A stretch of 36,208 nt of DNA. It comes from Sphaeroforma arctica JP610. Taxonomy: Eukaryota. Shown in pieces: positions 11,297 to 23,332 of this stretch. A program made the position numbers and the translations under genes. Location of the stretch: the NCBI RefSeq assembly GCF_001186125.1, contig NW_014039867.1:1-36208 (forward strand), in the 5' to 3' direction. The stretch's first letter is position 1; each line of letters opens with the position of its first letter. A model generated the notes under the pieces. It was not told the DNA's origin. It saw only the letters and a list, made by a program, of their open reading frames with translations, and ran no database searches.

Positions 11297-14229
11297 AGCC
11301 CTGTCGCTCACCTACACTATGCCCAGCTCTGTCCCTCAACGCCTCTATACTCAATATTATTTTTTACAGCCCCACAGACATTACTGGTTTATCACTAATG
11401 ATTATTTTTCATAATGCAGGACACATACTACATATTGTCATGCTATCAATCGCGTACGTCTACGTAGGGGTTGAATGATACAAATGATATAATATATTTC
11501 AAAATGCTGCAAAATTGATCGCTTATATTTAAGTTGTATAAACTTGAAAACCTGTATGCTTAAAGAGGATACAACAGATAACGATATATATTATTGACCT
11601 TGGAGACGACACGCCACCTCATAAAAAAAAAAAGTATGCGAGACCATAATTTGCGCATAATTTTTCACGTACATAAATTTATATAACAAATGCTCGAGAA
11701 ATATTATTTAAAACTGATATTTACTGTTCGAGAAATCGAACCCCGCTCAGGGGCGATAAACTTATATTCAAGCCGATTATCGCACATAGTTTTCACATAC
11801 ATATAATAGTATAAGACCCAGTCTGAACGATTAAAGCCATGTAACGTTAAAGTATAATATTAAAGTTAAAAAAGGGCCGACGTGCCTTGAAAGTTGCACT
11901 TTCCTTTTCACAGGTGGGGCCATAGGTGCTTTTTTTTTCACGTACTTTCTCTATAAATTTTACTCGGGACTATAGGTACGTAAATGACATCATACCCCCT
12001 TTGACGGAGGATTTTTGTGACCTTTTGCGTACTTTAATCAGCGAGCGACGAATTTTTACCAAGTAAAGTTCTTTCAAAAGAACACAAAAATTGGACAAAT
12101 CCATTCGGCTATATCATTGGGTTAAGGCTGGCAAAAAAACGCCATAAAAATGGGTCGGCGAAAAATGATGTAGCAAAATTCAGGTCTGACCATGCCCAAA
12201 CAGCCAATATTAGGACTATTGATGTCGAACGTGAGGGTCTCGCACAAATTTATACAATTGTGACAAAAACAAACAAATACACTATTTGTATACACACAAC
12301 GTTAAACATAAATAGTCTATATATACACACACGATGCTGGGAGGACACCGGAAACTCTCTCTGACTTCGAAGAGGAGTTCATAAGAGAAGATGTCTATGA
12401 AAAGAAAAAAGTCAGAACTACATATTTGACGTTGAACTGAAGTACACACGCTTTGGTATAGATGTAAAGATCGATGATTGTTGGTGGATATATGCGTACC
12501 AATACGAAGTAGAACCTACGGGTAATTGGGCCGAATATTGGGATGAAGGACTGGGCGTATATCAAACCAAAAGAAAGATTGAAAGGGTAGGTACGGTTTG
12601 TGCTGAGCAATTGATCGTAGAGACTTACATCTTCCTCTTCAATGAGGGTGACACTGCCATAATCCTATCCAACTTCATCATCGCGTGTGATAGGAATGAA
12701 CTTTCCTCCACTACCCTTCAGATCATGTTTGCTCCCTGTAAGATGTCGCGCACGCTTGGGCATTGACTACATACTGATAATCTGACTTCCAAAGTTATCA
12801 ACAATCAACTTTGTACATTTTTTTCTCGTTCTGATATTGCCTGTCAGCCGTCAGTGACTGGCCTGTCATCAGTGAATCAATTTCGAGCTTTTGGCTTGCA
12901 CGCGGAAAGTGTAACAAGCCGCATATGGCCCAGATACCGCAGTACCAGCACTATAGGGACATTTATAGTACAGTCCCTAAAACGGCAAAAATTCCCAACA
13001 TGTGAAAAAAAATTAATTTTAGGAGACACATGAAAATTTTGTCCGAGTGATTTTGTTCCCATGGAAATTTGAAGCACTTTGCCGCCATAAAATGTTCGAA
13101 TTGATATAATATTCGAGGTGCTGTGGTCATCCATGGGCTCTAAATTACGTCAAACTATACGCGAGTGCACCATAGTAGCCAGGTAGTAACCCTAGTGGTT
13201 GATAATGTGTGACCCATAGTAAACTCTAGAATCCATTGGGTCTCGCATCCACCAAGTCTGTAATTTTACAAGATAAATACGATTTATGTCAGTTAGAGCC
13301 CTTCAATATCTTGGTATGCCTCTGTCAGTTCAGAGCCTCATTGGATTGATATACATTCTTCGCTGTCAGAACTGAAATCCAGTGGTGCTTCTGGACTGTT
13401 TTTTTTTAATGTAAGCTGTGTTATGTGGTCTAGGAGATGATTATGTCATCGGCACCGGCATTCTGAACTATGCAGTCGTGATACACACATATATAGTATC
13501 ATAACCATTACAGTACATATAGATTGTATTATTATCGTGCACACACATATACGTAAACGTGGTAGTATATTGTTAATAGACCTAGCGTTGAGATTTTGAA
13601 CGACAATCTCATATTTGGGGACGCAGCCCCTTGTGTGGATGTGTAGAAATACGGCCTCCGGTCAGTCTAAAATATCAAGATCAAATGAGATAACACATTG
13701 GTTATTATTTTTATTTAAGATAATTTAATACAAGTTTTTTTCTTCTTCCAAAATTTCCAAAGTGTTCTAAATTCACTTTTGATGGCTCCAATAGCCTGAG
13801 TATTTGGTATGACTCATTTAATTGGACCTATTTGAGACAATAGTAGATGTAGAATATTATGAACTAAATTTTATAATCTCTGAACTACTACTTACAGGTT
13901 TTGGTCTTCCCGTCAATCTCCAAAATCCAATAAGTTTTTTTCTTTTTTAACTTTTCTTCAGATGGAACTTTATTTATATTAGCGAATGTATTAACTTGAC
14001 TTACGTTCTTATGTCTATCTACAAATTAGACATGTGGTCATGAACACTTAGTACTTCTAGTGAAAAGTATTCGATAAAGAACAGCTAGAGGTACGTCCTG
14101 TGTGACCGAGGATATTAAGGCTCTGACCAAGAGGTAGTCCCGATCATTCTTGCACAAGCTACCACTGCTAAATCCTAACTGACTTAAATTGTATCTTGGT
14201 TTATATAACATAGTTTAAAACATAGAAAT

Positions 14230-15200
14230 ATCTATCGAAGTTTACAGATGATGATATTGAGCTCGATCTCGACCTCGAGGGGGAGCTGGACGACGATTTG
14301 GAAGAGACAGACACTATTCCAACACCAGAATATGGGTTTTGAGACAAGTTATGGAAACATGACATACCAGCGGACGAAGATACTACAGATACTCTTATTT
14401 GGCGCCGAGTGCTCAGAGATGTATTCCATCTGATAGACCTCATTCCAGTCAGCCGCAAGCAGGGTAGTCACTACTTATATAATCAAGCAATCAGAAACGC
14501 GATCTTTGTTGATGACCAATACAACTTCGAAAAGGGTTTAAAAGTGCTCTGGCAGAGGAGAAGAAAGCTTGAGAAAAATTTAGACAGTCTCGGCATGAAA
14601 ACCGATCTATATCTTTTCGCATCAGAGGACATATACCTGAACCTAGTAAGTTGCTCTATGAACAGGTTAAATGTGTATTGGATCTCTTTCAAGATCATAA
14701 TGATGACAACACAAGTCAGAAATTCTTTTCTATCGAGGCTCGAAAGCAGGTTAAGGCTGTATTAGATTCAATTGAGCAAGGGTATGTCTCAGACCCGCCT
14801 GGTACTACAATATATACAATATATCGAACGGACAATGACAGTCTTGATATCTATGTGTTGTCGATCACCAAGTGGCCCTGAAGGATTACATATACGTGAG
14901 AGGTACTAAACAAAGCGATATACTAACTACAAAACTCACCATGGACCGTGCGTCCATGCATTATCATGGTCAATCCATAAGCGTCAGATAAAAAAGCATC
15001 GTAATTACAATGGAACAAGGCAGTTAATAACAGTATTGTATCCTTACTACACTGCAGATCAAGCAAGACGAATGCAAGCTAATGTTGAAGCAACGAAGGC
15101 TAAGTCTGGTATTACGGACCATGAATATGTTGCACAACAAGAAGGACTGCCCACACCCTGTGTCCGTGTGCGAATACATTCGGATATCGATGTCACGCAT
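14230..15200 (+). pseudogene. Decayed DDE-like transposase fragment (DUF6729-associated, Mutator/ISL3-like motifs)
   Basis: Joined frames give RVLRDVFHLIDLIPVSRKQG...AIRNAIFVDD...ARKQVKAVLDSIEQGYVSDPPGTTIYTIYRTDNDSLDIY/CCRSPSGPEGLH...EYVAQQEG. From memory this matches the D-x2-H, SDPPG and RCxRGTNxxEGxH motifs of this family. Stops and frameshifts are present. Confidence 0.6.
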
Positions 15201-16289
15201 GAGGTATCCATTTACACAATACCCACTGAATATTGCTGTGGAGATAACTCTTAGTATAAAGCATCTGGCACTGGGATTGGCGTTAGAAACGGATTATCCA
15301 AAAGGAACATTGCCAAATGAACAACTCAATAAACAGGTAAGCTCCATATGCGATTGCAAGAAGCCAAATGTAGGCGAAGAACCTGCACAGTACTCCGGAG
15401 CAATGGGAAGATATATAGACAGCTACATGTCCAAGTACGGTATCGAACCTAATCTGGAAACACAGACGGCGGAAGAGTTTAGCAGTGTAATTAACATCGA
15501 TGTGTTGTTTATTAAAGACGAAAACGCAGTAATTCACCTTGAAGAGACCATCAAAGATTTACAAGATTCCGTCTTTTGCTCTGCCACTGTCACACGGACG
15601 TACTTCTTTTTCTAGGCGGTTTTCACACTGCATCACGTACTAAAATTGCTCTATCTCGTATGTAGTCTTGTGTTTTGAGTACATCCAGTTCCGCTTCATG
15701 ATTTCTCTAGATTGATTCCGTACTCAGCAAGCTTAGAATCGGAAAACTTCTTAATATGTGGTTGGTTGATGGGCGTTTCAATGTCGCCGAACGCTTAGAA
15801 ATCCTTCGTCTTGCTTCATTGATCTGAGTATAGCAATATCGGTTCCTTGCACCCATTTTCTTCTTAACTTTAGACACACAAAATTCTTCCTGCTTACGTA
15901 TTTATCCTATGAATAGTTTTGCGTAAGCGTTTGAGTCGAGTGTCCGTGGCTAGTACTGCAGAGGTATACGCAAAATTAAATGTTTTTCTGGTTGCTGCTG
16001 TCCTGGTACAATTTTTAAATTTACTTGCTCAATCTCTTCAATTCCCAACCATCTTGCAAAGCACTGTGTGTGCGTCCTGGCGTGCTCATGAGATGCCATT
16101 TCAGGAACTTGTGTGAAGGATGTGTTGTGTGCCATAGCGTTACAGTAATGATTACATGCTTCCATGCTTATTATAATATACCCGTCAGAGTAAAATGGAA
16201 CACTCTCCTGCAGATATCTAGGAAGTTGCTCAATTATGTTAGAGTGAAGTAGTACTGCTTGTGCTCAGGATTATTTTTGTTTTGTGTTT

Positions 16290-16470
16290 TGTTCCCCAAC
16301 TTGCAGCTAGCACATATAGCTATTGTATATTACGTATTCAGTACTAGTCAAGCCCAAAGCCGTACATCGTCCTTGCTGCATAACCATTTGACTGTAAAAT
16401 GTGCTCCCCATTGTTTGGACACCGAATCTTGAGTGTTGCATCCCACCAATCCGGAAGAAAGAATTACGCT
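16290..16470 (-). pseudogene. DUF6729-like cysteine-cluster domain remnant (copy A)
   Basis: FFLPDWWDATLKIRCPNNGEHILQSNGYAARTMYG/LTSTEYVIYNSY/ICASCK across two frameshifts. Confidence 0.55.
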
Positions 16471-16985
16471 TGTATGTCTTTTCGAGCTGGATTTGTTGTC
16501 ATAGGTAGGACAACACAAGCTATAGCACTGAACTTTGTAATCGATCCATTCTCTGGCTTTATAACTCGAATGCCTTTTAGGTTTCATAAACCCACGCACA
16601 ATACAACTCTTCAAAGCGAATCAACTGATCATCGCGCGATGTAGCTGCAGTGATGAAACATGCCTCGAAATATTCTTCTAGCTCATCGGCTTTGTCCAAG
16701 CCGTCATTGTCAATGTCAACACTATTATTAAAATATCATCACTATATCACTATTAGTGTTAGAGTGCAATGTAGTAGACTTTAAATAAAGTGCAAATGCA
16801 TGTATTTATTTCTGACCTCACCTTTGGTTTTATACTTAAGGTGTTTGTGCTAGTCTCCAGCCGCTTGGTCTGGCCAGGGTAAAAACTCATATGGTCAGTA
16901 TGAGAAACCTTATTATTTTTGCGGATCGTTCTACTGTTGCATAATCTGAGCAAGGGTAATTAGGGTATTTTTCCGGAAAAGAACC

Positions 16986-17354
16986 CACAAGCTCTCCCAA
17001 CCGTTTTCTATTGATATGAGATCGATGGGCGCTCGATCTTCGGGGAAGTGTTCGAGCTGAATTTTGCGAGCACTAGTAGCTTGTTGCAGAGCTTTATTCC
17101 TTTGCAGATAGCACAAACGAACTTGTTGTAAATAGGAAACTCTGTGCTTCCGAGACCTTTTAACGCCTGCTGCCGCATAACCATTAGATTGTAAATCGTG
17201 TCCGCACTCATTTGAACGCTGTGTTTTCAACGAAGTATATCACAAATGTGGTAGAAAAAGTACACAAGCTCTTCCAACCGGTTTCTATTGATATGAGGTC
17301 GATGGGCGCTCGATCGTCGGGGAAGTGTTCGAGCTGAATTTTGCGAGCACTAGT
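16986..17354. repeat. 92-bp direct repeat (16986-17077 and 17263-17354)
   Basis: CACAAGCT...GGGGAAGTGTTCGAGCTGAATTTTGCGAGCACTAGT is present twice and nearly identical. Confidence 0.9.
17095..17270 (-). pseudogene. DUF6729-like cysteine-cluster domain remnant (copy B)
   Basis: ACVLFLPHL*YTSLKTQRSNECGHDLQSNGYAA/ALKGLGSTEFPIYNKFVCAICK is clearly paralogous to copy A (LQSNGYAA, STExxIYN, CAxCK). Confidence 0.6.
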
Positions 17355-17415
17355 TTGCTCTACGATGACCCTCAAATATATAATTACTCGGGTTTGGGTC
17401 TGCATCGTTCGAAAT

Positions 17416-17730
17416 ATCATCAAGGTTGTCTCCATGTTTGTTTCCATTGTGTCATTGTCAACCGCCTGTGCCACTCCGATTCAATGACATCGGTTCCTTG
17501 TAAACTGTGCCACGGTACAGAACACGTAGGCTCGTAGACTCTGTTATATTAATTGTCTCGCTTGATTCAACGATCATCAAGGTCGTCTCCATGTTTTGTT
17601 TCCATTGTGTCATTGTCAACCGCCTGTGCCACTCCGATTCAATGACATCGGTTCCTTATAAACTGTGCCACGGTACAGAACACGTAGGCTCGTAGACTCT
17701 GTTATATTAATTGTCTCGCTTGATTCAACG
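17416..17730. repeat. ~157-bp tandem duplication (17416-17572, 17573-17730)
   Basis: Two nearly identical consecutive copies starting ATCATCAAGGT(T/C)GTCTCCATG. Confidence 0.93.
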
Positions 17731-19031
17731 ATCTTGTCTAATTGACTCTCACGATCGCTAGCTGCCAACTCGAGGGCCTCACATTCGAGTGTTTTTCTAT
17801 GGGCAGCAGCTGCTGCTACCCATGTTTCATAATCACACTGCATTTGCAGCCTGCAATTCACGGTGCACTTCTTGAATATTTAGGCAATTGTCGGCGGCTG
17901 TTGCTAGCTGCGTTTGTTGCGCCAGGAGATACCATGATGAATTAGACTAGAGTCATGTAAATATATATTTATATTGGTACGAGAGCGTTGAAAATTTCAA
18001 TTTATGTGTGTGTGGTTATTGAATTTTGTATTTCGTAAAAGCCTACATGAATACTCAGAACTTTCACCTTGGAAATTGTCAGTACTGTGTAGACTACTCC
18101 GGTCTCCAGCTAAAGGTCAAACCAAAGGAGGAGTCTACCATACTGTGTGACGTATACTTACATTACCGGCCCTAAGCCAATTATTATGAACAAGTGTGGG
18201 GTCAGTCCGTCTCCAATTTCTGAGGTTTGCATTTTTGTCCTTAGGGGTTCGTAACCCTGCGGAAGTTTGGTACTAAACTGGGGCACCTTTATAAGTTGAA
18301 AAAAAAACCATATAGAAGTGACACGCACCATATTTTTATCGCCATAAAGAGGGTGTTAGAACTCTCCATCGCGTCCCAATAAGAAAGAGAACGTGGGATC
18401 GTGCTTTGAAAGATCGTGTTGATAAGCTGGCATCGATGAGAATATGTTCCCGCCACTTTCGGAAGTCGGAAAGGGCTGATCTTAAAAAGGGGAGAAGGTG
18501 AACCTGAGTCTGAACCTAAACCTGAACCTGATTCAAAAGCGCATGGGCCGAAGGTTATGACAGTTGTTCTTGACCAACAAAAAAAGCAGCTCGAACCTAA
18601 AGCAGTAGATACTCAAGGAAGACAGCAGATCTCGCAATCTTCCCTAGACCAGCAGATCTTGTAATCTCCCCTAGTTATTTTACCAGCTGTCGCTAGCATG
18701 CCAGCAGTCGATATCATGGCCGTACCACGGCTATTCACAGGAGGCAACAGCCGTACTCAACAAGATATCGACCTTGCTCGTATCTTTAAAATCAGTATGT
18801 TAGGAAATCGAGTATTAAGCATGCCCGAAAGTGTTGATAATTTGAGCGACCTTGTTTGTTGCCATTTGGAATATAGTAACGATAGTAAGACCCAGAATGA
18901 TGGTTGGGCACTGACTTCCAGCGACTACGGCACCAATATGATAATCTCTCGGCCTGTATACTTTGAAGAAGGTACCAAATCATCCTTGCAGACGGTAGAC
19001 GTTGTTTGTATGAGAGGGACTTTCAACTTGA

Positions 19032-19129
19032 CATATCGGACAATTCTGCCGGGTCTGGAACTTGTAGACGCCAACACATTCATATCGGACAATTCTGCCA
19101 GGTCTGAAACTTGTGGACGCCAACGCTTT
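19032..19129. repeat. 49-bp tandem duplication
   Basis: CATATCGGACAATTCTGCC(G/A)GGTCTG... begins at 19032 and again at 19081. Confidence 0.9.
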
Positions 19130-19242
19130 CACGCAACAAGTGATAGTACACAAACGCTATAATATATATATTTTCACGTGTCGGAACTCTGAAGCGATTT
19201 CTACTAGTGTCATGAGTGGCCTCAAATGGCAGTGGCGACAAA

Positions 19243-19404
19243 TATCTACGAAACCCGCTGTATCTACGAAGCCCGCTGTATCTACGAAGCCCGCTATATC
19301 TACGAAGCCCGCTGTATCTACGAAGTCCACCATGTCTACGAAGCCCCCCGTGTCTACGAAGCGCACCTTGCCTACAAAGTGCACTATATCTACGAAGTCC
19401 ACAA
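19243..19404. repeat. 18-bp minisatellite, ~9 copies (TATCTACGAAGCCCGCTG)
   Basis: Units start at 19243, 19261, 19279, 19297, 19315 and so on, degenerating 3'-ward. Confidence 0.92.
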
Positions 19405-19599
19405 CCATATTTATGAGCAGTTTGGCAACAAGGCTATTTATGGGAGAATAAAGTATACATGTAAACATTTATGATAAATTGTCTTCTCTTGCTCTCTTCG
19501 CCGCTGCTTCATCTTCATTTGCCTCACGTTTGAGGCCTTTAGCATTGGCCTTTTCATTTGTATATGCATGTAAAACATCGAAGTGATTACTCGCGTGTA

Positions 19600-22424
19600 A
19601 ACTAGCTAGTCTGGCAGCAAATAGTTTTGGTTTGGTCAAAACTGTGTGGTTAGGGTCATGATGAATTAGAAATTGATGCCCTGTATAATTCTGTGCGAAT
19701 CTGGTTTGTGCAGCCGTCGATTATCTGATACACTGATACATACTTGGTATTATAGTCTCGCGGGGTGATGTTTAAACCTTCACTCCAGCCTCGCTGACCT
19801 GCTAAGGCAAAATAGTCGTCTACTGAAATACGCCCGTCCTGGGCTAGGAATAATAGCTCTCGGATCTTTGAGGCTGTGGCCTTTTCAGGTAAATCAATTC
19901 CTAGCTCCGTACCCAAAGCGATCAGTATTTGTCTATTACTAATTGTTTTGTAGTCTACAAATTTGTCTGATATGGCACCGAGGTTTTCGTCAAACCTTTT
20001 CATCCTCAAGATAAGGTCAGACTTGGACCCTGTGCTGTACAACACCTAATGCGATCAGCTTCTATTGCAAGCCGGTTTTGCTACAAGCAGCATATATACA
20101 TAGCAATACTTCCATGTCCTTAATAGATCCTAGTATTGTAAACATCGATTGTATTTGTTTGTGATCCGGTAATAAAGCTGGGTGTAGACTTGTTCGACCG
20201 TCTTCTCGCAAAGACGTGAGCCATATCTCTCGTAGCTCGGCAAATGTATATCGACATCCTGTTATGCCTCCAACGTACTTCTCGTGTGCTTTAAATCGTA
20301 CGATGTCATCGGTAGCCATAAAACCACCTTTACAATGTGCCCACCCTTCTGATTCATTTGTGTTTGCTTCCGTTTCATTTCCGATGCATATGGGAGCTGC
20401 ATAACGGATATAGGTCTGACATACATCTTACACTTGGGATCCAGTAACAATTGAATGCCCTTCTGCAAAGCTATCGATATCTGGTCCTTAGGCATTCTGC
20501 TGCCAACACACTTATGATTGTCAGGATCTGATTTTTCTTCGGATAGAACACCTTTGGACAAATATAGCATGGAAACAGTCCAGCATTCTCATCCTCTTCT
20601 TTATCTTCTTATTTTTTTTTTGTACATGGTTTGCTTTCTAATTGCTTAATACACTGGCATCATTGTACTCCCCTCGAGCAAGAAGTTCATCCACGCGCGA
20701 AGCTCTCCCAGGATTCAGAGTGAAGACACAGCTAGTGAATGAGCACGCATGTTTGTTGTGTATCCCTGTTCTGCTGGCTCTATACGCTTGTATCCTGATT
20801 TATATTTGTCAGTACTATACTCGACTTGTCAGCTCTATATATTTTGCAATAGTATACATTGCCGTCAGCGTAATATACAACAAGCCCCGATCCGACGCTA
20901 TCAAGACCACTGTCTTCTTCTGCATCATCTTCTATATCGAGTACATTGTCTTTATCATCATCTGCGGTAGCCACGTCCTTAATGCACGATAGTATAGTTT
21001 TTGTGTCTATGATCATTCCAGCAGTGTTATTGAACATTTGCCATGGCATCATCATGTTACTTTGGTTTAGTGCTGAGGTTTTAACTGACTTGGGAGTCGA
21101 AGCATTTTGGTCACGGATATCCTTCCCGCATCCAGGTTCGTTGTGAACGTATCCAATCAGCAATCCACGGGACTTGCATATATGGGGCAGCGCCAATGTC
21201 GTTTTGGTACTGACATAATTGCTGCTCCAATCACATTGCATGGGCTTTAGGGTCAATCTGAGATCTGATTCCCTGCCCAGACAATTAAAATCATCGTTTA
21301 TATAGGTTGTAGGAAGTCTAATCATAATTTTTCAATCCCTCAGTTGTCTCGAGTAATCTTTCAATAAAAATAAAAATATTCGAACAGTCTAAGCATTCAC
21401 TGTCATGTTCACGTAAACAACCACTCGCAAATTGCAGGCCTGATGATATACAGTGTGCACTAACTCCGCCACATTCACTGCGCTTGAGATGTTGTTTATG
21501 AACTTAAATATGCTTATCAGTGCTTTCATGTCTCTACATACTGGACAGGTTTTTAAGTTCCTCCCTTCGATCTTGAACTTCTGTATGTGCCTTTCGATAT
21601 ATACCCCTTTGATCAATATTTCCAGTTTCTCAATAAGGTCATATAAATAACGCCTTTCCACGTGGTCCACTCCATTCAGCGTCTTATCTTCTTCACCGGT
21701 AAGTTCGCGGGCTATTATCAAAAAGTATAAACGAGACATTGCCTGTTCCTCGTTCTGTCTGCAAGTTTGGAGGTATTGTCGAAACAACGTTTCTAGTGGC
21801 GGTTTTCGTATCACCTTAGGCACATCTACTAACCCATCTCTGCCCGCGATGTTCTTCCTGGCAAAAGCCACCAATTGCACATTGGCGTCGCTGAGAATGA
21901 ACCCCACAGCGGTGTGTGCGAGCTCTTCGCACCTCATGTTTTGGTGTGTTTGTCGGTTTAAGTTTTTGACTTCTGACTTTATCCTTGTCATATCATTTCT
22001 GGCACGTCTATACTGTCTTTCATTAAGGCACGCCAATTGAAATTTTGTTCGTTTTAAAGTTGAGGTTATCTTACGCTTATCTAACAGTCCTTTTTCATGT
22101 TTGTGTAGCACGTAAGCAAAACTTGGATCCTGCTTTCTATTTTTACCCTGTTTTCAATTGTCACCCGGCTCTTCACTATCACCCTGCTCCCCATCTTCAC
22201 TTCATTCCTTCGAACTATCGTAACTACTTGTACTGCTGTGACTCTCTTCATTTGTATGCTTTTTAACGCGAGATACCGGTCTCGCAAACTGAGAGAGCAC
22301 AGCTAATCCTACCCTCAACGCCTCTCCGTCATAACCCTTCAAGTAGTCATAGACTGTTGTAAACTGTTGTATGTACGCCTTTTCTGTGCGATTAAGCGCG
22401 TTGATGATGAGCCCTGATCATCAG
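19600..22424 (-). pseudogene. Sola-type (Sola3-like) DNA transposase pseudogene with a C2H2-like finger and a C-terminal SAP-like motif; interrupted at 22424 by the LTR element
   Basis: FILSDANVQLVAFARKNI...VPKVIRK...QYLQTC...AMSRLYFLII...KTLNGVD; QCDWSSNY...HNEPGCGKDIRDQNAS (cf. SDNAxxYH...EPxxGKxxCDR); LFPCYICPKVF; EGWA; GITG...QIQSMFTIL; LIALGVLYSTGSKSDLILRM (SAP-like). Many stops and frameshifts. The family name is from recalled motifs. Confidence 0.6.
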
Positions 22425-23179
22425 TATAAGATTCGGTCTATCAAGGCGATATTAACGCCTTAGAATAAATAAACGCGTAGGTTAATTCTAAGTATTGTGA
22501 AACTTTTAAAGTAAATTAACGAAATGAGACTTTTAGTAAAGTTATGTATGCCTCGTGAAAACAGCAATACTCTGAGGGATTGTGAGGCTGAGACATTGCC
22601 TATATATAATCCTCTCAGTATTGTTTCCGCCGAAGGGATTTTATTTAGTGTTTCGTTGTCGCTCTACTAGAAACTATGGTATGTTTCGTTGGGGCGAATC
22701 TGAGAGACTCGTAAAATCCTATCTTTAAAATAAAATAAAATACTCTTGATGTCCTTAGTTATTGTCTTAACCAATAACTTGCCACTTATCAAGAATTGAC
22801 GATTTAGCCTTCATCAGACTGGCACATCTGGTTGGCTGATCGGAGGATCAACTAGGTAACGTTAATAGTCCCTAGAAACCTATATTCGGTTGAGCCATCT
22901 CGCTACCGAAGTTTTCAGATATAAATAAAGTTGGAAAGTAAATATACTTCTATTAATAGAACTAGACCAACTCTTATGTTTGGTATTTTACTGGGGCCTT
23001 TTAATGGCTTTGTCCAAATATCTGATATGTAAAATAGAAAAGGTATTAATTAATAAAACCATTAAAAACCATTTAGGAAACTTAAGTTCCTTGTACTATT
23101 AAGAGTACGTTTTTAGTATGCGTACTGCTTAAGCGTACGTTTATAACATAGAGTCTAATGTGGAGGCCCGGCTATTACA
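22425..23179 (-). repeat. 3' LTR (755 bp)
   Basis: On the minus strand it starts TGTAATAGCC and ends ...CTTATA, where the canonical CA is mutated (the other LTR ends CTTACA). Matches 29668-29787 plus 34198-34837. Confidence 0.93.
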
Positions 23180-23191
23180 CAGCCCCCACCC
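23180..23191 (-). other. Polypurine tract
   Basis: Minus strand GGGTGGGGGCTG immediately precedes the TG of the 3' LTR. Confidence 0.6.
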
Positions 23192-23332
23192 AGCTTTGAG
23201 ACCCAGGAGAAGAAAGTTGCTCACTCAAGCTGATTATGGGTCAAAAAGCGAGAAAGGAAAAACAGGTCGAAAACATTAAGTAGCATAACATATAGATAAT
23301 GTTTCTCAGGCGGAGAAGTTAAGCGTTCTCGG

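Larger units (their letters stand above)
18480..19451 (+). pseudogene. Decayed ORF of unknown function, frameshifted by a 49-bp duplication and ending in an STKPAV repeat
   Basis: EPESEPKPEPDSK...*...MPAVDIMAVPRLF...TYRTILPGLELVDAN. The duplication at 19032-19129 shifts the frame into the ORF 19113-19451. Confidence 0.4.

Noticed and set aside
11520..13100. Possible transposon TIR or subterminal repeats (loose inverted similarity 11920-11990 vs 12950-13015, and 11525-11560 vs 35690-35725)
   Set aside because: The similarity is too weak and AT-rich to support by eye, and no TSD could be defined.
15082..15615. 177-aa plus-strand ORF
   Set aside because: No recognisable motif; probably part of the decayed TE region, so it was left unannotated.
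16035..16080. Minus-strand HSALQDGWELKRL resembling a DEDDh exonuclease ExoIII motif
   Set aside because: Only one short motif, flanked by stops, with no ExoI/II motifs found.
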